NCBI GenBank assembly: GCA_041659265.1
Contig: JBAZYP010000001.1
Location: 192,817 to 256,816, forward strand
Length of the DNA stretch: 64,000 nucleotides
Direction: 5' to 3'
Source of the DNA: Candidatus Pacearchaeota archaeon
GTDB lineage: Archaea; Nanobdellota; Nanobdellia; Pacearchaeales; GW2011-AR1
Below the pieces are notes generated by a model. It searched no databases. It was not told the DNA's origin and worked only from the letters and a program-made list of their open reading frames with translations. Positions 19,950 through 27,158 of the stretch are shown here, one piece after another. The translations under genes and the position numbers were made by a program. The stretch's first letter is position 1. Each line of letters opens with the position of its first letter.

Positions 19950-20081
19950 AGGGCTTTGTCCGGAATTTTCTAGATTCCGAACAAGTTAAACATAAATATT
20001 TGGAATCACTAATTTTTTCAGGAGTAAATCCCGAAAAAATTAGACATTTTTTAAACTGAAAACTAAACTCCGGACAGAGCA
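19950..20081 (+). repeat. Copy E1 of a structured intergenic element family (MITE-like or sRNA)
   Basis: The termini GCTTTGTCCGGA and TCCGGACAGAGC are complementary. Hairpin 19954-19966/19974-19985. Hairpin 20011-20022/20030-20041 has loop AGTAAAT. CAATAT flanks both ends (19944-19949 and 20082-20087). Confidence 0.7.
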
Positions 20082-20202
20082 CAATATCATGCTTTGTAAA
20101 GAATTTCTATATTCTTTTAACTAGGATGCTATTATTAAGATTTAACTAAAAATAAATTAAGATTTGTCCGAACCGAAGGAGTTCTTAATATAGGATATAA
20201 AT

Positions 20203-22812
20203 TTAGTCAGCTGATTCTGCTTTAATTGCTTTTGGTGCTTCACCACCATGCCAAGTAAAACGAGGCCTTATTCTTATTGGATATAATCTTTCAGAATTAT
20301 CATCTAATAAAATGGCACTTCCTTTTAAATCTGGAAGATTGTTCATTGATTTTGAAATTCCTTCTAATAAATAACTCTGCATCATTGTATTAAGTGCAAT
20401 AAGGTCGTCTTTGTTAGTTAATCTATGGGAGATAACTATATCTGACTGAGTCATAACATCCCTATGAATCACTCCTGGTTGTTGGGTTGCTAAAACCATT
20501 GAAATTCCTGGTTGCCTTCCTTCTCTAAGTAATTGGATTAAGGCATTTGTAGCAGGAGTTTTTTCATGCATTGGCAAGAATTCATGGGCTTCATCTAAAA
20601 AAAGCCAGACAAGAGGCATTTCTTTTTTTTCTTCATAAGAGGAATTTATTCCATGATGAATTGATTCTATTTCTTCTTTTTTTCTAGCAAGAATTCTTTG
20701 GTCAAATAATTTTTTTGAAACAAGACCAATTATTAATCCTCTTACATTAAATTTTGCTGTAGATGAATAACATGAAAGATCTAGAACTGTTGTTTTACCT
20801 GCTGTTATTAAATCATCAATTTTTGTACCTTCTTCACCTGAACTAGCAAATACTTTCCAGGATTTAGCGGCTTGAAAAAGTGCCATAGCTGATTTTTTGT
20901 TTTCATCATTTGTATCCTTGTCTTCTCTTATCATATTAATTATATCATCTAAATCAAATATTCCTTTTTTTGCAAGATTATCAATTGTTTTTTGAATTAA
21001 AACTGATACAGGAGAGATCATTTCAAGTTCAAATATGGATAACCAATCTTCTATTGAAAGTTCGGCTGCACTTAATGCAAATTTCTTGTCAACAGGAATA
21101 TCTCTTTTTTCATATTCATGAAAATAACCAGCTGGTGCCCAAACTGTAACTGGAAGATTTTGGGTCTTTAAATCCCAGCCTTCTAATAAATCTGATTCTT
21201 TTTCATTTCTATATTTCATTGTCCAGAATATACCCATAGTATCAAAAATTATTGGGGCTATATTTTTTCTTGCTTCTTCTGGAAGATTTGATAATTCTTC
21301 AGCCAAGACTCCTATTGTGTAACTATTATGCACAATAATATTATTTGCTACAAAATTATGGTTTTCAGGAACGCAAATATCATAGACCTTAAAATTTCCT
21401 TCTAAAGATTCCATTGAGATTATTTCATCCCAATAAATATCGGATTCTGCAAGAAGTTTTAGTGGGTTATTTCTTTCAATTTCTGCTATTTGAAGTAAAT
21501 TTTGTCTTGAAGGAGAATAACGAATCCTTTCTCTTATCGATTTAGGATATTTATATCCAATAGCTCTACCAATTTCTGCCCAGTTATTTGGTTTAAAGGT
21601 TTCCCATATTTCTTTTGGAATAGTATCGAGATTCGGATTTCTTATTTTTGATAAAATATCTGATTTAGCAATAAAAACTTTTTCTTGTTTTTTCCCGAAA
21701 AAGCCTATTTCTTCTATAAATTTTACAACATTAATTGAATTTAAAACTAATTCATAAGATGTGAATTTTTTCATTTTAATCTTAATATTCTTTGTTCTTA
21801 ATTTTGATAAAATTCCGAATCTTAATAATAAATTTTGGATTTGTTTTATTAGTTTTTTTGAAGATGATGAATAAGAAATCTGCCATTTATTTTCTGAAGA
21901 ATAAATACTTCCATCACAACTAAATAAACGGTTTAAAAATAAAGCTAATAATTCTTTTTTTAGTCTTAAGATATTTTGGGAAAGTTCTTTTTCAATTGAA
22001 AGTTTTCCAAAGATGCCCTCTCTTTCGATAAGTTTTCTAATACTTCTTTTTTTAACTATATTCTTATTTCCTTTTATAAAATGGCCTTTATCATCTCTTG
22101 ATAAATTTGTTTCAAGGATTTTTGTTTTATATTTCTTTTCAGATATTCTAAAATTGCATTTCCCTTCATTTATTAATTCTAAAGAAGAATCAAAACGATT
22201 CAATGAGTCTTTAAATTCATTAATTATTTTTTCATCATTATTTGAAAATAAGACTACTTTTTTTGTATGTCCTTCAGCAATAAGATATGCTAGTAATTTT
22301 ATTTCATCTTCTGACATTATATTATTCCCAAATGAAGGGATAATTCTTGGAGTAGCAATTCTTGAACCTAATATTAGTTCACTTGCATTTTTCCATCCTT
22401 TTATTGTTAATAGTGGATGTTCTGGAGTAAGTTTTATTTCTTTACCACTTCTTAATTTTATTTTTAAAAGTTTATTAACTTCCCTAGAGAAAAATTCTGT
22501 TTTTTCTGAATTTTGAACTTTAAGTTTATTATTTAAACTAATTATTTTTTCATTATTAAATTCAATATCTTTTATTGGCATAAGGGAACCATCAGACATA
22601 CTTATTAAGGTATCTTCATGAAGACATTTTCCCCCACCTCTTTTACCAGCAATTAATATAACATGAGTTCTAGCAATATCTAGCCAAATTTTATTGGATA
22701 GGGAAGTGTAATTTCCCATAGTAACATAGCCTTTGCCAATATAAACAAGACCTCTGTTGCCAAATTTTTTCTTATCGTATTTATCTCTACCTATTATAAT
22801 ATCATATGGCAT
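20203..22812 (-). CDS. HerA/DUF87-like P-loop ATPase interrupted by an intein
   Basis: Joining the exteins restores Walker A 'GKRGGGK|SYTIG'. Also present are Walker B 'VWLFLDEAHEF' and 'REGRQPGISMVLATQQP'. Confidence 0.8.
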   Translation of the reverse strand: MPYDIIIGRDKYDKKKFGNRGLVYIGKGYVTMGNYTSLSNKIWLDIARTHVILIAGKRGGGKCLHEDTLISMSDGSLMPIKDIEFNNEKIISLNNKLKVQNSEKTEFFSREVNKLLKIKLRSGKEIKLTPEHPLLTIKGWKNASELILGSRIATPRIIPSFGNNIMSEDEIKLLAYLIAEGHTKKVVLFSNNDEKIINEFKDSLNRFDSSLELINEGKCNFRISEKKYKTKILETNLSRDDKGHFIKGNKNIVKKRSIRKLIEREGIFGKLSIEKELSQNILRLKKELLALFLNRLFSCDGSIYSSENKWQISYSSSSKKLIKQIQNLLLRFGILSKLRTKNIKIKMKKFTSYELVLNSINVVKFIEEIGFFGKKQEKVFIAKSDILSKIRNPNLDTIPKEIWETFKPNNWAEIGRAIGYKYPKSIRERIRYSPSRQNLLQIAEIERNNPLKLLAESDIYWDEIISMESLEGNFKVYDICVPENHNFVANNIIVHNSYTIGVLAEELSNLPEEARKNIAPIIFDTMGIFWTMKYRNEKESDLLEGWDLKTQNLPVTVWAPAGYFHEYEKRDIPVDKKFALSAAELSIEDWLSIFELEMISPVSVLIQKTIDNLAKKGIFDLDDIINMIREDKDTNDENKKSAMALFQAAKSWKVFASSGEEGTKIDDLITAGKTTVLDLSCYSSTAKFNVRGLIIGLVSKKLFDQRILARKKEEIESIHHGINSSYEEKKEMPLVWLFLDEAHEFLPMHEKTPATNALIQLLREGRQPGISMVLATQQPGVIHRDVMTQSDIVISHRLTNKDDLIALNTMMQSYLLEGISKSMNNLPDLKGSAILLDDNSERLYPIRIRPRFTWHGGEAPKAIKAESAD
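21325..22626 (-). mobile_element. 434-aa intein with LAGLIDADG homing-endonuclease domain, inserted in the Walker A loop
   Basis: It starts at Cys63 ('CLHEDTLISM', codon 22626-22624) and ends 'NIIVHN' (Asn496, 21327-21325), followed by the +1 Ser. The endonuclease blocks are 'LLAYLIAEGH' and 'LNRLFSCDGSI'. The boundary codons were checked on the sequence. Confidence 0.85.
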
Positions 22813-22897
22813 TCTTTAGAAATTACCTCTTTCATATATAATAGGGTATTTATCTGTTTTTAATGTTTTTGATAGAATTTAAACCAATAATCTTTAA

Positions 22898-23031
22898 TGA
22901 TTTGTCCAAATTTCAATGAAATTTGGCCAGTTTCGTACTAAATGTACGAAGAATGCTTTTTTTTCTAAAGAGTAAATCTTTAGAAAAAAAGTTGTAAACT
23001 AAATTATAAATATAAACTCTTGAACAGAGCT
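22898..23031 (+). repeat. Copy E2 of the structured intergenic element family
   Basis: Same layout as E1. Hairpin 22906-22913/22919-22926. Hairpin 22957-22970/22978-22990 has the identical AGTAAAT loop. The 3' end is GAACAGAGC. ATCTTTAA flanks both ends (22890-22897 and 23032-23039). Confidence 0.7.
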
Positions 23032-23205
23032 ATCTTTAAAATAATTAGATATAACTTTTAAATAAATGTATATAAATAGTAGAGATATTCGTATTATTTA
23101 GTAGAATTTTATGAAGTTCAATTTATTTAATTATTAATATTTATATTTGATAAAATCTAAAAATTATCTGTTAAATATTAAATTTTTTTGAATAGAGTTG
23201 AAATT

Positions 23206-23223
23206 CGAAAGGTTTTTAAATAC
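23206..23223 (+). promoter_or_regulatory. BRE/TATA-like box (CGAAAGGTTTTTAAATAC)
   Basis: Centred about 25-28 nt before the ATG at 23242. It lies inside the TTG-initiated 5' extension given in the ORF track. A near-identical box is at 43705-43720. Confidence 0.5.
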
Positions 23224-23241
23224 ATGAATTTTAAATCCAGC

Positions 23242-24279
23242 ATGGAAAAAAAGTCAAAGTCTGAATCTGGAGAAAATAATTTTCAAGAAACTGCTGAAGA
23301 AAGAGCTGCTGATTCAAATGATAGTTCTAAATCAAGTGGAAAGATATGGATGATAGCTACTTTAGTTTTAGCTGTTGGTTTAGTTATTATATTAGGTGCA
23401 TTATATTCAGGTTATAGTTTACCAGGATTATCTGGAGCTACTGGCAATTTTGTTAAAGGAGATGAAGCAGGTGGAAAACTTGTTGAATTCTTAAATACAA
23501 GAACTGGTGGTGGAGTAACTTATATTTCATCTGAAGATTTGGGTGGAAACTTATATCAAGTTACTGTTGCTTATCAAGGTCAAAATGTTCCTGTTTTTAT
23601 AACAAAAGATGGAAAATATTTTGTTCAAGGTGCTATTCCTTTAGAAGCTGGTGCTGAAGATCCTACTCAACAAACACCAACTACTCCTGAAACACCACAA
23701 GAAATCGCAAAATCTGATAAACCAGCTGTAGAATTATTTGTAATGACTCATTGTCCTTATGGAACACAAGCTGAAAAAGGATTTATTCCTGTTGTTAATA
23801 CTTTATCAAAGAATGCTGATGTAAAAGTTAGATTTGTACATTATTTCATGCATGGTGATAAGGAAGAACAAGAAACTTATAATCAATTATGTATAAGAGA
23901 AGAACAATCTGATAAGTATATGACTTATTTAAGTTGTTTCTTAGAAGCTGGAGATACTGCTGGTTGCTTAACTAAAGCAAATATCGATAAAACTAAATTA
24001 AATACATGTTTATCTAATAGTGCAGCTAAAGCAAAAGAATATTACAAGAAAGATTCAGAATTATCACAAAAATATGGAGTAGAAGGAAGTCCAACTTTAG
24101 TTATAAATGGAGTTATTGCTAACTCTGGAAGAGATTCAGCTAGTTTATTAAAGACAGCATGTTCTGGTTTTAATACTGAACCATCTGGATGTAGTCAGAA
24201 GTTATCAACTGCTTCACCTGCTCCTGGTTTTGGAACTGCTGATGCACCTGCTGGAAGCGCAACTGATGCTCAGTGCTAA
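23242..24279 (+). CDS. Membrane-anchored DsbA/thioredoxin-fold thiol-disulfide oxidoreductase
   Basis: One TM helix (IWMIATLVLAVGLVIILGALY) and the redox motif 'THCPYGTQAE'. I moved the start from 23188 (TTG) to the ATG at 23242 because the promoter-like box lies between the two. Confidence 0.6.
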   Translation: MEKKSKSESGENNFQETAEERAADSNDSSKSSGKIWMIATLVLAVGLVIILGALYSGYSLPGLSGATGNFVKGDEAGGKLVEFLNTRTGGGVTYISSEDLGGNLYQVTVAYQGQNVPVFITKDGKYFVQGAIPLEAGAEDPTQQTPTTPETPQEIAKSDKPAVELFVMTHCPYGTQAEKGFIPVVNTLSKNADVKVRFVHYFMHGDKEEQETYNQLCIREEQSDKYMTYLSCFLEAGDTAGCLTKANIDKTKLNTCLSNSAAKAKEYYKKDSELSQKYGVEGSPTLVINGVIANSGRDSASLLKTACSGFNTEPSGCSQKLSTASPAPGFGTADAPAGSATDAQC

Positions 24280-24297
24280 ATAAAAAGAGAATTTAAA

Positions 24298-24654
24298 ATG
24301 AAGATTTCTGAATTAAGACCTATGCAAGGAAATGTTGAAGTTAGTGGTATAATTAAAGAAGTTGGTGAACCAAGAACATTTTCTAAGTTTGGAAAGAACC
24401 TTACAATTGTTAATTGCATGCTTGAAGATGATTCTGGAAGTGTTAAATTATCTTTATGGAATGATGATGCTGGAAGATTTAAAGAAGGAGATGTTGTAAA
24501 GATAACTAATGGTTATGTTAATGAATTCCAGGGTGAAAAACAACTTACTTCTGGAAAATTTGGTAAAATAGAAAAAATAACTGATTCAGTTACAAAGAAT
24601 GAAGAACCAGTTGAAGAAATGGGTGATGAACCTATTGAAGAAGAATTCTTTTAG
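24298..24654 (+). CDS. OB-fold single-stranded nucleic-acid-binding protein with acidic C-tail
   Basis: 'GNVEVSGIIKEVGEPRTF....LTIVNCMLEDDSGSVKLSLWND...GDVVKITNGYV' is a typical archaeal OB fold. The tail is 'EEPVEEMGDEPIEEEFF'. Confidence 0.6.
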   Translation: MKISELRPMQGNVEVSGIIKEVGEPRTFSKFGKNLTIVNCMLEDDSGSVKLSLWNDDAGRFKEGDVVKITNGYVNEFQGEKQLTSGKFGKIEKITDSVTKNEEPVEEMGDEPIEEEFF

Positions 24655-24731
24655 TTTAAATGATTATATTTTGGAATTATAATATTTTGAAGTAAATATA
24701 TGTTTAAATATAAAAATTATTAGTTTCTTGT

Positions 24732-25508
24732 ATGGATAAATTAACAAAATTATGGGATCCAAAAAAAGGAGTTATGAAGATAGCTGGACTTATGTCTGGG
24801 AGTGGAAGTAATTTAGTAAAAATAATTGAACATGAACAAAAATTAAAAGATGAAAGAGGATTTTCACCTTATCATGTTGCTGTAATTTTTTCAGATAATC
24901 CTAAGAGTAATGCAGTAAAAATCGGTTCTGATTTTGCTTTACCTGTATTTACTTTTGATTTAGAAGCTTATTGCAGAAAAATTCAAGCTGATGTAAAGGA
25001 TATGAAAGCAAGAGAAGATTATGAAAAAAATGTTATAAATGTAATAAATCAATTTGAATGTCCTGTTTTTGCATATGCTGGTTATATGAGGAAAGCAACA
25101 GAATTGTTTGTTAATTCTGCTATTGGTGTAAACATTCATCCTGCTGATCTTTCAATTGTAGATAAAAAAGGTAAAAGAGAATATACTGGAGATAAAGCTG
25201 TGTTAAAAGCGTTAAAAGCAGGAGAAAAAGAAATAAGATCAACAACTCACTTAATAACCTCTAAAGTTGATAACGGGCCTTTATTAATGGTTTCAAGGCC
25301 TGTTAAAATAGACTATCCTATTTCTGATGATATAATAATAATGGATATGATGGCAAAACATTATCAAAATTCATTAAAAACAACTGGTGATTGGGAAATT
25401 TTTCCAAAAACACTTGAGTATATTGCTGAAGGAAGATATGCCAAAGACATTAAGGGTAGATTATATTTTGATGAAGTTCCAATTTTTAATGGAGTTAGAT
25501 TAGATTAA
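24732..25508 (+). CDS. purN: Formyltransferase family protein (PurN-like GAR transformylase)
   Basis: 'IAGLMSGSGSNL', 'VNIHPADL', 'STTHLITSKVDNGPLL'. Confidence 0.6.
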   Translation: MDKLTKLWDPKKGVMKIAGLMSGSGSNLVKIIEHEQKLKDERGFSPYHVAVIFSDNPKSNAVKIGSDFALPVFTFDLEAYCRKIQADVKDMKAREDYEKNVINVINQFECPVFAYAGYMRKATELFVNSAIGVNIHPADLSIVDKKGKREYTGDKAVLKALKAGEKEIRSTTHLITSKVDNGPLLMVSRPVKIDYPISDDIIIMDMMAKHYQNSLKTTGDWEIFPKTLEYIAEGRYAKDIKGRLYFDEVPIFNGVRLD

Positions 25509-25509
25509 A

Positions 25510-26655
25510 ATGACAACCTATGAATCTTCTGGAGTTAATATTAAATACGGGGATAGTGTATCTGAAATCCTTTATAATGCATCAAAAGCTACTTGGGATA
25601 TTAGAAAATTTGTTCTTGGTGAAGTAATTTCTCCATTTGATTCTTTTTCTGGATTAAGATATATTGATGTTTCTAATCTTCCTAATGGAACTGCATTATA
25701 TAATGGATATGATGGAATTGGAAGTAAAACTGAAATAGCTGAAAGAACAAAGAATCATAGGTATGCTGCATTTGATTTGCTTGCAATGGTTTGTGATGAT
25801 GCTGTTGTTAAGGGATTTGAACCTGTTATTGTTGGTAGTGATCTTCAGGTAAAATCTTTAACTAGAAAAGATGGAAAACCTTTTTTAGATGAAGTTAATC
25901 AGTTGGCAGAAGGATATGTTAATGCTGCTAAAATGGCTCAGGTTGTTATATTAAATGGAGAAACAGCAGAATTACCTACTCGGGTTAAAGGTTATGGAGA
26001 ATTTAATTATAATTGGTCAGCAGGTGTAATTGGATTTGGAAATAAAGAAAGATTATTTACAGGTTTTGAAATTAAAGAAGGAGATTATTTAATAGGATTA
26101 TATGAACATGGATTTAGATCAAATGGAATTAGTTTATTAAGAAAAATAATGGAAGAAACAAAAGGAAAAAATTGGCATAAAAAGAGAACAAAATTCGAAT
26201 TAAAAGAAACTTATGGTGAATTATTAAATACCCCTTCAACAATTTATTCAACTGCAATTGTTGATTTGTTCGGAGGATATAATTTAGAAAGAAATCCTAG
26301 AGCAGAAATTCATGGTGTTGTTAATATTACTGGTGGTGGAATTCCTGGTAAACTTGGAAGAGTATTAAAACCAAGTGGAATGGGTGCAATAATTGATACT
26401 CCATGGGAAATTCGTGATATAACTAGGGAAATAATAGATTTAGGAAAAATTAAATCAAAAGAAGCGAATAAAACTTGGTGTATGAATAATGGAATGATTG
26501 TTATAACACCTGAACCTGATAGGGTAATTGATATTATTCTTGAAAATGGGATAAATTCAAAAAAAATTGGTAGGGTAGTTAAAGAACAGGGAATAAAATT
26601 AGCTAATATTTTAACAGATTCTAAGAAGAAACCGTATTTTGTTTTTGAAGCATAA
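25510..26655 (+). CDS. purM: AIR synthase-like protein (PurM family)
   Basis: 'YESSGVNIKYGD', 'GYDGIGSKTEIA', 'DLLAMVCDDAVVKGFEP', 'NITGGGIPGK'. It starts 2 nt after the purN-like stop. Confidence 0.7.
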   Translation: MTTYESSGVNIKYGDSVSEILYNASKATWDIRKFVLGEVISPFDSFSGLRYIDVSNLPNGTALYNGYDGIGSKTEIAERTKNHRYAAFDLLAMVCDDAVVKGFEPVIVGSDLQVKSLTRKDGKPFLDEVNQLAEGYVNAAKMAQVVILNGETAELPTRVKGYGEFNYNWSAGVIGFGNKERLFTGFEIKEGDYLIGLYEHGFRSNGISLLRKIMEETKGKNWHKKRTKFELKETYGELLNTPSTIYSTAIVDLFGGYNLERNPRAEIHGVVNITGGGIPGKLGRVLKPSGMGAIIDTPWEIRDITREIIDLGKIKSKEANKTWCMNNGMIVITPEPDRVIDIILENGINSKKIGRVVKEQGIKLANILTDSKKKPYFVFEA

Positions 26656-26771
26656 AATGATTAAAATTCTTAATTTTTTTAGGGGTTTATAAACCAGACA
26701 CCTTTTTAGGGGTAAGCTTTTTATAGGGTTTATTTACAATGTAATATTATCTAAATTTTTTATGATTTAAA

Positions 26772-27113
26772 ATGGACTATAATAAAATATTAGCAAGAAC
26801 TAGAAAACAAGAAGCTGTTAAGCTATACAAAAAAGCGGAGATAGAGTTAGGTGTAAAATCCGATTTATTAAAACTAACTTATGCTGAAGTTGATGGAACT
26901 CCTTATGAAAGAGAATATAGGGTTAGAAATGAAAGAATAAATCAATTATTAAATCCAATTGTTATTGCTAAAGAATTATTAGAAGCTGGAAATTATCATG
27001 ATATGACGGTTATTGAACATTTATTGGCTGAACCTTTTTTATGTAAATCGGCTTTGGAATCTATTGCTTTTGGTATAAGTGAAATCGGTATTGATTCAAC
27101 TTTAATCCTCTAA
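26772..27113 (+). CDS. Hypothetical protein
   Basis: A 113-aa ORF with no motif. Confidence 0.35.
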   Translation: MDYNKILARTRKQEAVKLYKKAEIELGVKSDLLKLTYAEVDGTPYEREYRVRNERINQLLNPIVIAKELLEAGNYHDMTVIEHLLAEPFLCKSALESIAFGISEIGIDSTLIL

Positions 27114-27158
27114 TTAGATTTTTATAATATAGTTTATTTATTTTTAATAAGAAAAAAG

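Noticed and set aside
22013-22516. Plus-strand 167-aa ORF inside the intein region.
   Set aside because: It lies entirely antisense to a well-supported intein/LAGLIDADG coding sequence. Its low-complexity F/L/S composition is typical of AT-rich antisense frames.
23188-23241. TTG-initiated 18-codon N-terminal extension of the DsbA-like gene.
   Set aside because: A BRE/TATA-like box (23206-23223) lies inside it, about 25 nt before the ATG at 23242. A leaderless start at 23242 is more consistent with other genes in the window.
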